Shown here piece after piece: positions 14,992 through 24,582 of a stretch of 37,902 nucleotides of DNA (within the stretch, counting starts at the first letter, position 1; each line of letters starts with the position of its first letter). Position numbers and translations under genes: made by a program. The notes under the pieces were generated by a model. That model did no database searches, had not been told where the DNA came from, and worked only from the letters and a program-made list of their open reading frames with translations. The DNA is from a virus, in the IMG/VR virus record IMGVR_UViG_3300047172_000021, positions 1 to 37,902 of that record. One strand, written 5' to 3'.

Positions 14992-16232
14992 TATTTCCCC
15001 ATTTTCCTTTTCGCAAGAACCGCCGCTACAAATTTAGCCGAAGCATTGCTTGGGTCTTTTGACTGAGTCTCGCTCCTTGGAACAATGACGCCGCCTTCTT
15101 TCAGGTTCTTTTTCACCGTATCGTTTGCATAAGAATTCACGGCCCCACCAACCTTTGGCTTACCCTTAATGGTCTCTCCAACCTTCATGGGATTGGCGCC
15201 TTTTTCAACGGCAGCAACAGCCTTTGGTGGTAAATACTTTTCACCAGGAGAGACGAGAGCTTTAACAGTGCCGCCCTTTGCCGCCATATCGCCCGATCCG
15301 ATCATGTCACCGCCGGTCGTGGTTGATGCTGGCGCCGGCGTATTAGGGTTTGATTTCATATGTGTGGCTATTGCGCCACTCAAAGCCGTCATACCCTGTT
15401 GCATAGAAGCATCAGGGCTATTTTGTGGCCTCATGTTTTTAAGAAATTTACCAAAAGCTGAACTTGGTTGATTTGGATCTGTCGTGAGTCCACCAGCACT
15501 AACGGTATCCATCACGGACCCGCCGTTTGCCATCGCGGCAGGTCCAGCCATCGCCATCGCGGCACCGCTTGCGGCCCCGCCAATCGCAGATCCAGCCATA
15601 CCCATTTCGGAACCGGCCAAACCAGCATTTGCCGAATTTATGCTTGCCTGATTCGATACATTGGATGAATTCACGCCCTGCTGAGCGTTCAGAAGAGCTT
15701 GTTGTTCTGCTTGTTGCGAAGCTGTGTTCGTGTTGGCTTGATTGATCTGATTTCCGGCCTGGGCGTTAGCCATTGCGCCAGCTGAATTAATAGCATTCAA
15801 AGACTGATTGGCCTGCATGGTTGCGGCCTGCCCAACGGCCTGCTGTTGAGTGTTGGCCCCCTGTTGAGCGGCTTGTCTTGCCATGAGGCCCACATTAGAA
15901 CTAGCCCCACGCTGGCCAGCCATGAGCGCAGCTTGATTAGCCACATTCTCGCCGGTTGATTGATTAAGCATGGCTTGTGCTGGATTTGGTCCCGTTCCAT
16001 TTGCCACGCCCTGGAGCTGGTTATAAACTTGAGATTGGTTGCCGAGTCCATTTTGACCTTGCAGCGCTTGCAACAGTTGTTGCTGAGAATTCATGGAATT
16101 TTGAGCCCCGGTATAGGCACCGCTTATTTGCCCAGCAGTGGTAGGATTTGTGATTGAAGCACTCTGGGGCCCAGAAAACCCAGTACCGCCAGCCCCGCCA
16201 TTTACGCCAAGCATCCCGCCAATTGCACCCAT
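14991..16232 (-). CDS. Gln/Asn/Ala/Gly-rich internal-virion-like protein (413 aa)
   Basis: ORF track. Has a long Q/N-rich low-complexity centre. Carries MANGGSV, AAKGGTV and LKEGGVI motifs. Confidence 0.55.
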   Translation of the reverse strand: MGAIGGMLGVNGGAGGTGFSGPQSASITNPTTAGQISGAYTGAQNSMNSQQQLLQALQGQNGLGNQSQVYNQLQGVANGTGPNPAQAMLNQSTGENVANQAALMAGQRGASSNVGLMARQAAQQGANTQQQAVGQAATMQANQSLNAINSAGAMANAQAGNQINQANTNTASQQAEQQALLNAQQGVNSSNVSNQASINSANAGLAGSEMGMAGSAIGGAASGAAMAMAGPAAMANGGSVMDTVSAGGLTTDPNQPSSAFGKFLKNMRPQNSPDASMQQGMTALSGAIATHMKSNPNTPAPASTTTGGDMIGSGDMAAKGGTVKALVSPGEKYLPPKAVAAVEKGANPMKVGETIKGKPKVGGAVNSYANDTVKKNLKEGGVIVPRSETQSKDPSNASAKFVAAVLAKRKMGK

Positions 16233-16622
16233 TTATATTTCCTTTTTGAAAACAATTAAATTATTGGTCGCACTATCAAGATGCATTCCATAACCCAGAA
16301 GAACACGAATACTTTGCGTACTGTTTTTCATGGATGGCGTCACCGTTCCAAGAACCTCCTTACAACCACGTTCTTTTGCAGTTTTTACGACCTGATCAGC
16401 CAAGCTTGAGGCAAGCCCCTCGGACCGAAGTTCTGGCTCAACATAAATGTCAATAATGTAGACTTGATTTGGATTTAAAAAACGAAATGTCACAAAACCA
16501 AAATGGGTCTCAATGATTTCGTCTGTGGTTTTTTCTAAGAGATATTTAGCATATTTGCTCATCGTCGGCAGATCGCCGATTGGAGCTGTTGGATCATTAG
16601 GATTTAATAGCTTTAAAGACAT
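16233..16622 (-). CDS. GNAT-family N-acetyltransferase (129 aa) embedded in the virion module
   Basis: ORF track. The acetyl-CoA-binding-like segment is YIIDIYVEPELRSEGLASSLADQVVKTAKERGCKEVLG. Preceded by a copy of the 29-nt element. Confidence 0.7.
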   Translation of the reverse strand: MSLKLLNPNDPTAPIGDLPTMSKYAKYLLEKTTDEIIETHFGFVTFRFLNPNQVYIIDIYVEPELRSEGLASSLADQVVKTAKERGCKEVLGTVTPSMKNSTQSIRVLLGYGMHLDSATNNLIVFKKEI

Positions 16623-16652
16623 AAATCTCCAAAATGAGGCGGTGTTAACAGG

Positions 16653-16681
16653 CCCTCATATATGTGAATAGTATGCTTTTA
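16653..16681 (-). promoter_or_regulatory. Conserved 29-nt element, copy c (TAAAAGCATACTATTCACATATATGAGGG)
   Basis: Read directly. Block 1 overlaps the TAA stop of the 1048-aa gene. Ends 31 nt upstream of the GNAT start. Confidence 0.4.
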
Positions 16682-19600
16682 TCTATTCCCAGTTTGACCG
16701 CCAGCAGATTGTGCCGCAGAAATCGTCCGCCAGCCTTTTTTCATTGCGTACACAATATTTATGCCAGACAAAGATAATCCCTGGCCCGGGCCGACGCCTA
16801 AAGATGAGTCATAAACTTCTGTAAGAATAATTTGAAAAGCCTGGCAGCGCTGTTTAGTTAAAAATATGCGCCATTGCTCTTGATCAGGGCTTGCCCCAAA
16901 AGGAGCTGATACGTCCCCGTATGGACTCGGAACCGATGAGCTGAAGTTACTAGGTAAAATAAGTGTCGATTGTATAGGGCTTGGATTGTAGTCATAAGCG
17001 ATCTGCAAATTCAATTTGTGCGGACTAAAGTACTGGCCCAATAAATAAAAGAAATAGGCCCGTTGATAGCCTTGAAGGCCCGCCATATTAATCCAAGACG
17101 TTATAAAGCTCAAAAGAACAGGATTGGATCCGTCTAAATATAAACCAGGCGATTCTTGATAAGTAACACCCGATGAATTTATAAAAGAGTGCAGTCCCTG
17201 ATAGATACATGATGATACGGACGGGACACCTGAAAACGTGCCCCACTGTTCGTAATAGTAATCGTACATGAGGGTCTGTCCGGTGCTCAGAGTTAGGCGT
17301 ATTTGATTGGTCTCGGGAACATTGACAGCGCTGTTAACATTTGATGAATTAAACGCCTCAACTGGTGCGCCTATGTAGTTGGTTGATAAGTCCCGACCCA
17401 ACAGCCATATGCCCTTGTCAGATTGAAACATCAGGCCGTTTTGCATAAGAACAACGCTTGCTTGATTTGAGCACCCAACGGTCGATGTCACAAATATTGG
17501 CTGACTGTATTGGTTATTTGCGCCCGTATTGTCAGGGCCAGAACCATTAATGTAATAGATCGCATCTTTTTTGAAAATTATTAACTTATCATCCATTGGA
17601 GCAAGAGCCGTTATGGGCCCCGTTGCGCCTGTGGTCCCTGTGTTTGGTGCAATATAAAACGTCAAAAGATCAGAAAACTCTACCGGCGTTCCTTCAATAA
17701 TTTGCTTTGAAAACCACAAAAGGTTTTGGTCCTCGGCGTCAACGACCCATTGTCTAGTGTCAAAAAGAGTTGTGATGTTATATCCGGGAGGGTTTACGTC
17801 CTCAAGGACTCCGCCGTTTGTGTAAATGATGCTATTTCCAACAATCGATGCGTCTGCCAATTTATCAACAAAAGCCACAGAATCACTGGATGTAGAGTTA
17901 AGCTCAGGCGACGTGATGCTAGTAACCTGATAATAAACTTGATTAGCAACAGACCATCTATAAATAACGATTTTCATTTGATTAGAAGTGCTTGCAACCT
18001 TATATGTGAGCCTTAGCGTCGGAACATTTACTGTTATGGAGCCCCCTGTCCCAGAACCCGTTGTTGTTACAAAAAATGGAATGGATGGCGCTGATCTAAA
18101 AATATTTCCTTGATTATCAGACCACTCATACACGGCCTGATAGGCATATGCGTTTGTATTGGTTGCGCCGTCTGGTTGCGCGTGTATAAACCCGCCACTG
18201 GTGGACCACGTGCACGACACATTGTCTGGCCACAAAAAGAAATTTTGTTCTACTGGCAAATATCCGTCATACATCCAGCCAAATCCGCCAGAAATATTTA
18301 AATTATTTCCAACCTCTGACGAATCTATATTTTCCGAACCAATAGAAAACAAACCTATGTTAACCCCGGTTTGACTGTAAACACCGCCAGTCGTTGTTTG
18401 TTGTGAATTGTTCAATGTCTCCAGGGCCTGGATTAAATCCTTGTATAAATAGGGAATGCTCGCTGTGTTTTCAAAAACGGAAACATTTGGAAGCCCTAGA
18501 GTCAAATAACCATTTCCGTTTTCATATGCGAGCTTTGCAATAACCAATGGATTTGCTTGAGTTGATGATGATGCATTTATAAGAAAATATGTTTGTTGTA
18601 CTGGATTTATGGTTTGAGCAGTTCCGCCATTATATGCGACCAACAAATAAACCACACCATTAACGATGAACGCTTTGCTCGCAATGCCAACGCCGCGAAC
18701 AACAGTATAATTAGACAAAGGGGTTCCGGCGCTCGAGATAAAGCCAGTAAAAATGGCATTTGTCACAACGCTATTATAAGAATATGTATTTGAGTTTTCG
18801 GCCAAAACTTGGCAGGACCCATTTTGTGCGGCGGCCGTTATGTTAGTAACAGACGGAAGGCTAAGCAATGAAGAAGGAGCAAAATTTTGAATTAATGTTC
18901 CGTTATAAACATAGGCCGAGGCAACATATACATAGGAATTGGCGTTGTTCCAAAAGCTAATGTAAACAGTTGGTGGCGTGACGGTTTGATCTATGCAAAC
19001 CGACAAAAGAGCCGCCACATTTGTAGGTCCATTAAAATCTAGAACCGTGCTTGTGGTTGAATTTAATGAAATTTGAATTTCTGATAAATAAGCCACATGC
19101 ACCCCTTGGGCGCCAGCAGTAGTATTATAAGAAACTATAAGGGCATTATTTGATGCGTTGTTAAGAGAGGCCGCGTCCCATCCTGGATTTGACGAAATTG
19201 CAACATAAACCTCAGAGACAAGGGTTTGCGAAGCCGATATAATCGATGGGTTTGCAATTGGAATGGACACATATATAAGCAGAGTCGATACGGGCGCCAC
19301 TATAACAAAATATGCACCAACAACATAGCATCTTGGTGATCCAGAAATTGATCCTGGAATTGCTGTTGGTGCCACTATGTTTTGGCCAGTAGTAGAATCG
19401 GCTATGGCGTATTTATAAACCGAAGATCCCGCCACAGTTTCCGTATAAACGGTAAGACACAGTCCGCTTGATGAGGTTACAGAATCACACTGAGTTTGAT
19501 TTACACTATTTCTAATTAGCGGTAACGTGTTGATTTCAACTGATGAGTATGTCCCCTTATTAACCCAGCTATTTGTTGAGGCCGATAGCGCCGCAATAGA

Positions 19601-19825
19601 TGTTCCAATCGCTGTCAGGTTGTCATTGAAAGTAGTTAAATATGAAAAAGAGTTATTGGGCAGGCTAGATAATTGTTGATAACCATTTCTTTTTTGAAGA
19701 AGGCCGCCCTTTGTAAACACGCTGTTTTGTAAAGCAAGAAAATTTCCAATTTCAACGCGCTTAGGATCAGTCTTTGTATCAAGGCCCTTTAGAAACGCGA
19801 TGTCTACATTTGTTTTTACTAACAC
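16679..19825 (-). CDS. Large tail structural protein (1048 aa; nozzle/tail-tube-B-like by position)
   Basis: ORF track. GTG start preceded by AGGAGG-4 nt. It is the largest ORF and lies between fibre-like genes and internal virion proteins. Confidence 0.5.
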   Translation of the reverse strand: MLVKTNVDIAFLKGLDTKTDPKRVEIGNFLALQNSVFTKGGLLQKRNGYQQLSSLPNNSFSYLTTFNDNLTAIGTSIAALSASTNSWVNKGTYSSVEINTLPLIRNSVNQTQCDSVTSSSGLCLTVYTETVAGSSVYKYAIADSTTGQNIVAPTAIPGSISGSPRCYVVGAYFVIVAPVSTLLIYVSIPIANPSIISASQTLVSEVYVAISSNPGWDAASLNNASNNALIVSYNTTAGAQGVHVAYLSEIQISLNSTTSTVLDFNGPTNVAALLSVCIDQTVTPPTVYISFWNNANSYVYVASAYVYNGTLIQNFAPSSLLSLPSVTNITAAAQNGSCQVLAENSNTYSYNSVVTNAIFTGFISSAGTPLSNYTVVRGVGIASKAFIVNGVVYLLVAYNGGTAQTINPVQQTYFLINASSSTQANPLVIAKLAYENGNGYLTLGLPNVSVFENTASIPYLYKDLIQALETLNNSQQTTTGGVYSQTGVNIGLFSIGSENIDSSEVGNNLNISGGFGWMYDGYLPVEQNFFLWPDNVSCTWSTSGGFIHAQPDGATNTNAYAYQAVYEWSDNQGNIFRSAPSIPFFVTTTGSGTGGSITVNVPTLRLTYKVASTSNQMKIVIYRWSVANQVYYQVTSITSPELNSTSSDSVAFVDKLADASIVGNSIIYTNGGVLEDVNPPGYNITTLFDTRQWVVDAEDQNLLWFSKQIIEGTPVEFSDLLTFYIAPNTGTTGATGPITALAPMDDKLIIFKKDAIYYINGSGPDNTGANNQYSQPIFVTSTVGCSNQASVVLMQNGLMFQSDKGIWLLGRDLSTNYIGAPVEAFNSSNVNSAVNVPETNQIRLTLSTGQTLMYDYYYEQWGTFSGVPSVSSCIYQGLHSFINSSGVTYQESPGLYLDGSNPVLLSFITSWINMAGLQGYQRAYFFYLLGQYFSPHKLNLQIAYDYNPSPIQSTLILPSNFSSSVPSPYGDVSAPFGASPDQEQWRIFLTKQRCQAFQIILTEVYDSSLGVGPGQGLSLSGINIVYAMKKGWRTISAAQSAGGQTGNR

Positions 19826-19833
19826 AGTCCCTC

Positions 19834-20994
19834 CTAAAGTTCATACGCCGTTAGGACGGAATAAAATATCCCAGCGACACAAGGGCCAGATACTTGCTTT
19901 AAAGCTATACTATAGGTGTAAGTGCCTGCTCCAACTGGATCGATATAAACAAATGATGACGGAAACCCTTCAAAGATCATCCCCGTTGTTACAACCTCAA
20001 GACCCGTGACAGCTATTACAGTGTTTCCCCGTAAAAGAGAAATTACCGTTTCGCATGTGACCGTGCCTGAATTAAGGCTGCTAACGATAAATAGGCCAAC
20101 GTTCCCCGACGGGTCAGGCTGAATGCTTACAATTACAGGCCGCCCAGATGTTGTAAGCGTCACGTTCAAATTTAATACAGGGACATTTGTATTGCTAATA
20201 GTAATAAAAGGTCCACAACTGGAGCTTATTTGTTGCCCGACAGCCACTTGATTTGATCTTGCGACAGTGGTGGAGGCGATATTAGCGCCAGCTATGGTCG
20301 CAGACGCTATGTTTCCACCAGTAATTGTGGCAGAGGCGATATTAGCGCCAGTTATGGTCGCAGGCGCTATATTTCCACCAGTAATGCCGCCAGAAACAGC
20401 ACAATACCCCGCCATATTCCCAGAAGTATCAATCGACATAAAAGACTGTGCTGACGGAATAGCAGGAAGAGTAAGGGGGTAGCTGCCAGAACTCAAAGCG
20501 CTAGGGGGTGATAATGTTACATAATTAGAGCCCGCAACATTTTGGCCAATCAACAAGGACCCGGCACTTATGTTGGCCGGCGTGTTGGTTGCAGAGTTTA
20601 CAGTTAAAACACCAGAGCTAAAAGATGCAGACGCAGAGCCTGAATTGATGCCGGACGACGTTGCATTAACTGTTCCGCCAGACGTGATTTTAATGTTATT
20701 GCTTGCGCCATCGTTATAATACAAGTTTCCATCTGTTCCTACATATATCGCCTGAATAGTGGAAAGTGATGTCTGTTGATTATATACCGTCGCCTGTAGG
20801 CCTACTGCGGAATAGTTATTAAATGCCAAGCTCGTGTTTATTTTAAATCCAGCAGGGGTAATTTGAACGCCATTTCCGGCAGAATGATTGTGCCCGTCAA
20901 TTATCGAAAGAGATGCGTTTAGATTTGTCTCCCAATTAAGACCGCTATCAACTCCGATGCTTGAAATGGAAAGGCCCATGTTTGGCGAACTCAT
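19834..20994 (-). CDS. Tail fibre/spike-like protein with 10-aa beta-helix-type repeats
   Basis: ORF track 19834..21021. The ATG at 20992-20994 overlaps the upstream TAA (TAATG). N-terminus is MSSPNMGLSISSIGVDSGLNWETNLNASLSIIDGHNHS. Internal repeat: ITGGNIAPATITGANIASATITGGNIASATIAGANIASTT. Confidence 0.55.
   Translation of the reverse strand: MSSPNMGLSISSIGVDSGLNWETNLNASLSIIDGHNHSAGNGVQITPAGFKINTSLAFNNYSAVGLQATVYNQQTSLSTIQAIYVGTDGNLYYNDGASNNIKITSGGTVNATSSGINSGSASASFSSGVLTVNSATNTPANISAGSLLIGQNVAGSNYVTLSPPSALSSGSYPLTLPAIPSAQSFMSIDTSGNMAGYCAVSGGITGGNIAPATITGANIASATITGGNIASATIAGANIASTTVARSNQVAVGQQISSSCGPFITISNTNVPVLNLNVTLTTSGRPVIVSIQPDPSGNVGLFIVSSLNSGTVTCETVISLLRGNTVIAVTGLEVVTTGMIFEGFPSSFVYIDPVGAGTYTYSIALKQVSGPCVAGIFYSVLTAYEL
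20275..20394. repeat. Tandem 2 x 60-nt repeat inside the fibre-like gene
   Basis: ggcgatattagcgccag(c/t)tatggtcgcag(a/g)cgctat(g/a)tttccaccagtaat... is repeated with period 60 (copies start at 20275 and 20335). It encodes the ITGxNIAxAT repeats. Confidence 0.7.
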
Positions 20995-21278
20995 TAAAAT
21001 ACTCCAATCGTCACAACACAAGCGGCGTTGCTTGTAAGAGTTAGTGTTTTGTCATTAAAAGGGGCGCTTCTATAGATCGTAGCTGCCGACGTTATGTCTA
21101 AAATGGTCCAGCCTTGCATTGTCTTCGCCAAGTTATGATTAATAACGGTCGAACCATTTGCCAATGCAATATTTTTTAAAATCCCCATATTTGTCATTGG
21201 CGACGCTATGATAGGGTTTAGTATTGCGGCCCATTTTGTGATCATTTGTGAAAATGGCAGGTTTGTGCTTAACTGCAT
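20994..21278 (-). CDS. Hypothetical structural protein (94 aa)
   Basis: ORF track 20994..21326. The ATG at 21276-21278 overlaps the upstream TGA (TGATG). Confidence 0.5.
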   Translation of the reverse strand: MQLSTNLPFSQMITKWAAILNPIIASPMTNMGILKNIALANGSTVINHNLAKTMQGWTILDITSAATIYRSAPFNDKTLTLTSNAACVVTIGVF

Positions 21279-22354
21279 CACCAACCACCATTTGATCCGT
21301 TGTTGCCGCCATTTGATCCGCCCCAAATACCGTCTTTTCTGGTTTCGCTGATCGTGTCAGCTTGTCCAATATCTCTATTTTGAGCCATTTGCTCAATACG
21401 GGTTTTTAAGAACAATAATTCTGCATCAAGCTTTGATGTGTCCGATCCTTCTTCTTTATCGAGCATATATTTGGCGGTTCTAACAATTACATACCTTAGC
21501 CATCCAGAAAACCCAATAGTTGTTAAATCGGTGTCTTTTAAAAGAGCGGCTAATTTTGAAGCATACCAAATATAAATGATCTGCCCGCCAGAAGGTGTCG
21601 GTATGAAATTTATTGTCTGATTGTTTCCAGCCGTTCCCATCATTCTATAGCGCATGTTAAACACGCCATAAATAGTAGAGTTTGAATTTGGATAAACGTA
21701 TTGATTTCTGTCAACGAAATCATAACGGTTAATTGTGACTCTGGCCGGCTGATTAAGGCTTGGATTAACTCCAAGATCAACGCCAGTAAGCTTATAAAGA
21801 GCTGGGGCCGGAGTTCCGGTTGTGCCCGTATATTGGCCGCCCAAATAGTTAGTCACCCCATCGGGCAGTGCATAGTTTTGGACTGAACCATTGGTTTGAA
21901 TTTGAACTTGATTAGAAGAAAAATAATCTTCGTATGAACCAATCAACAAATCATAAAGCTCATATAAAGCAAGCCTTGCAAAAGCATTGGCTTCTGGAAT
22001 TGTTACAAAATCAGACCCTAATCGATCAGCAGTCTGATAAGAACGCATCCTTAGTTCATATAACGACATTTCAGAAGGAGGAGCTGCAACCATTTGCACG
22101 ATTGTGCTATATGGGCTTGTGCCAGCGGCATTAACGCCTGCGACCTGGTAATAATACATGATGCCAATGCCGGGAAGTGAATCAACAAAGTACGCAATTG
22201 TCGCAACGGTTGCGTAATTAGAGAAATTCACTCCGTCTGTGCTTCTTTGAATTTGATAAGATGTAGCCCCTAATGACCCCTGCCAGCTGATGAGAATATT
22301 CCCATCAGCTTGCTCCGCAGTAACATTCTGAGGCTGGTAAGGGATTTGTGCCAC
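21278..22354 (-). CDS. Structural protein with an N-terminal fibronectin type III-like domain
   Basis: ORF track, 358 aa, GTG start. FN3-like segment: VTAEQADGNILISWQGSLGATSYQIQRSTDGVNFSNYATV...YYYQVAGVNAAGTSPYS. Gly/Asn-rich C-terminus ends in GGW. Confidence 0.55.
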   Translation of the reverse strand: MAQIPYQPQNVTAEQADGNILISWQGSLGATSYQIQRSTDGVNFSNYATVATIAYFVDSLPGIGIMYYYQVAGVNAAGTSPYSTIVQMVAAPPSEMSLYELRMRSYQTADRLGSDFVTIPEANAFARLALYELYDLLIGSYEDYFSSNQVQIQTNGSVQNYALPDGVTNYLGGQYTGTTGTPAPALYKLTGVDLGVNPSLNQPARVTINRYDFVDRNQYVYPNSNSTIYGVFNMRYRMMGTAGNNQTINFIPTPSGGQIIYIWYASKLAALLKDTDLTTIGFSGWLRYVIVRTAKYMLDKEEGSDTSKLDAELLFLKTRIEQMAQNRDIGQADTISETRKDGIWGGSNGGNNGSNGGW

Positions 22355-22357
22355 TCA

Positions 22358-23056
22358 TTATAACCCATCAATTGAAACTGTTGACCCATCAAATAAGAAC
22401 GTCAAAGCAACAACGGAGTTGTTAGCCGGAGCTGTTACAATTTGAGTTGTAACAGAAGAGCTGGTTGCTGCAAAAAACTGCACAAGAACAATGGCGCCAG
22501 AGTTTGTTGCAATACTTGTGTTGTTCAAAGTTTGATTTGGATCACCACAAACTGAAACTTCTGTAATTTGACTAACACCAGGAACGCCAACCGTGCCAGT
22601 TCCACCAAGCGAAGCAGTCGCGGCCGCTACAAATGATGTTCCTAGGTTTGGCGTAAAACCAGGGGTCAAACCCGCTGTCACCCATTGCGCGGTCGTTGTG
22701 GTTCCTAAAGATGTTATTTGATAAACATGGCCAGCAGTTAAAGAGGTAGTTGTGGTAGATGTGGGCGGCGCAATAATTCCATTAAACCCATCAATATAAG
22801 AAGTGAAGTTATTTGTAAATTGCACAAGGGCATAACCCGCAATTGGATTTGGATTTGTAGATCCACGACTTGTGCCAGGGGTTGCAGAGGTGTTCATGAA
22901 TACGTTATTGATGTACCCATTGGACTTTAGCGACCTGATCCCGAGACCATTTCCATTGGTGCTGTCAACAATAAAGCTACAGTTTACTTCCATTGGTTTT
23001 GCGATGTTTGTGTAGAATGATTTTCCGTTAAGTCCAAAGCCTCTAGGCTGTGACAT
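22358..23056 (-). CDS. Structural protein, hypothetical (232 aa; decoration or tail component)
   Basis: ORF track. AAGGAG lies 8 nt before the ATG. First gene after the capsid terminator and a copy of the 29-nt element. Confidence 0.5.
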   Translation of the reverse strand: MSQPRGFGLNGKSFYTNIAKPMEVNCSFIVDSTNGNGLGIRSLKSNGYINNVFMNTSATPGTSRGSTNPNPIAGYALVQFTNNFTSYIDGFNGIIAPPTSTTTTSLTAGHVYQITSLGTTTTAQWVTAGLTPGFTPNLGTSFVAAATASLGGTGTVGVPGVSQITEVSVCGDPNQTLNNTSIATNSGAIVLVQFFAATSSSVTTQIVTAPANNSVVALTFLFDGSTVSIDGL

Positions 23057-23144
23057 AAGGTTGTCTCCTTAAATAACCAGGGATTTCTCTCGGCAGGACC
23101 CTGGACCATCGGCTGCCGCAGTACGCTCAAAGTAAATCTTTGAA

Positions 23145-23173
23145 CCTCATAGTTAACGATTTCTATGCTTTTA
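23145..23173 (-). promoter_or_regulatory. Conserved 29-nt element, copy d (TAAAAGCATAGAAATCGTTAACTATGAGG)
   Basis: Read directly. Immediately downstream of the capsid-gene terminator and 89 nt upstream of the 23056 start. Confidence 0.45.
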
Positions 23174-23176
23174 ACG

Positions 23177-23206
23177 AAAAACAGGGTCCTTTTTTAAGGG
23201 ACCCTG
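23177..23206 (-). terminator. Rho-independent terminator after the major capsid gene
   Basis: The minus strand reads CAGGGTCC-CTTAAAAAA-GGACCCTG followed by TTTTT. Perfect 8-bp GC-rich stem (23182-23189 / 23199-23206). Confidence 0.7.
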
Positions 23207-23249
23207 ATGAAAACCTAAGCTAAACAACGAAGCCGGTTTTTATTTTAAA

Positions 23250-24545
23250 TTATGCTGATAGAGACACATTCATTGAATAGCCGGGCGCTGAGTTGATCAC
23301 GTTTCCGTAATTCGCAAGCCTGATTTCCAATGCATCGGCATTACCAACGCGCAACCCCTCAAGCCCTTCCATCCCGTAAGTCAAGATGTGTGGCGCTTTA
23401 CCTAAAGTTCTTAATTTCCAGGTGGAAGTATCAAGACAATAAGCGCTTTGCGGCGGTTGCGATCGGTCAGCCAGTACTGGGATCTTTCCATATGCTGAAT
23501 GGAAATGGATCGCCTCGAAACTTACCTCAACCTCATCATGATCAAGCTGAACATATTGCACTTTAGCACCTAGTTCATTGATCAGAGTCGAGTAAGAAAC
23601 GAAATCAAGCAAGATCAAATCAAAAGAAGCTCCTTCGCGGTTACCGAATGCCAAAGCGTTTGTTAATCCCTCAGAGATACTTTGAAGAGTAGCATTATAT
23701 CTAAGGCCCCCGAGTCTGGTTACATCAGCCGACCTATTTACGCCCCAGAAATTATCTGTAGATATAGGATCTGCCGCAGGGATCCAAGCGGCCATTCCAG
23801 ACAATCCCAACATTCCAGCGATTGTGGTGGCGCCTGCTGTTCCGATATCGCCCAATACTTGCAAATAGTTTCCTACAGCAAAGGTTGATCCGTTACCTTG
23901 AACAACTGTTCCGATGATAACACCAGTTCCGCGATTGACCGATGTCAACTGAATGGCATCAATAACGCTTGTCACCTGCAAAGCCGCTCCGCCGTCTGTT
24001 GCAGTGTTTTGAAGGATCATATTTCCTTCAAACTGAACAACTTGCTGAGAGTTTGTAAGTGTGATTGTAACGGTCGTTCCAACTACAGTGACCGCGCCGA
24101 TAACGCCTCGAGATGCTGTTCCGCCAGCAAACAATTCAAATGCCATGTTGTTAGAAAGGTTTCTAAAACCATTATCCATGGTTCGTGAAGCCTCGTCCAC
24201 AAACGCGCCAGCATTTGTTTTGGTTTGTTCCATCAAAAGATTCGTGATCGTGATCAACTGGTAATCTTGAGTCGCATACACGAAGTATGAAACAACTTCA
24301 GACGCCGTTTGTTGATTCTGAGCGTTCGCGAATTGATGGGCGCGACCTTGAGGATTTCCATATTCCAAAGGAACTGGAATGTATTTACCCGCAAATCCAT
24401 CTGGCGACTCATTTTTTGGAATCATGGCCATCCAAGGATTTTTCGCATAGACGATGTTTTTCATATAATCTTTATCGTCAGTATACAATTCGCGGAGAGC
24501 CGCGATCTGATTTGACGAGTTTGCATATTGTGCTGCAATTGCCAT
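23250..24545 (-). CDS. Major capsid protein (431 aa)
   Basis: ORF track. Order is portal, then scaffold, then this gene. A strong terminator follows directly. Size fits HK97-fold coat proteins. Called by synteny, not by a diagnostic motif. Confidence 0.7.
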   Translation of the reverse strand: MAIAAQYANSSNQIAALRELYTDDKDYMKNIVYAKNPWMAMIPKNESPDGFAGKYIPVPLEYGNPQGRAHQFANAQNQQTASEVVSYFVYATQDYQLITITNLLMEQTKTNAGAFVDEASRTMDNGFRNLSNNMAFELFAGGTASRGVIGAVTVVGTTVTITLTNSQQVVQFEGNMILQNTATDGGAALQVTSVIDAIQLTSVNRGTGVIIGTVVQGNGSTFAVGNYLQVLGDIGTAGATTIAGMLGLSGMAAWIPAADPISTDNFWGVNRSADVTRLGGLRYNATLQSISEGLTNALAFGNREGASFDLILLDFVSYSTLINELGAKVQYVQLDHDEVEVSFEAIHFHSAYGKIPVLADRSQPPQSAYCLDTSTWKLRTLGKAPHILTYGMEGLEGLRVGNADALEIRLANYGNVINSAPGYSMNVSLSA

Positions 24546-24582
24546 TTTGTTTTCCTTTATCCGATGTAAATCGGGTTAATGT

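Noticed and set aside
16629-16658. Intrinsic terminator (TGAGG-G-C...GCC-CCTCA followed by TTTT) between the 29-nt element copy c and the GNAT start
   Set aside because: The stem is only 5-6 bp with a bulge, and it overlaps block 2 of the conserved element. It is too weak to call. It may be part of the leader structure instead.
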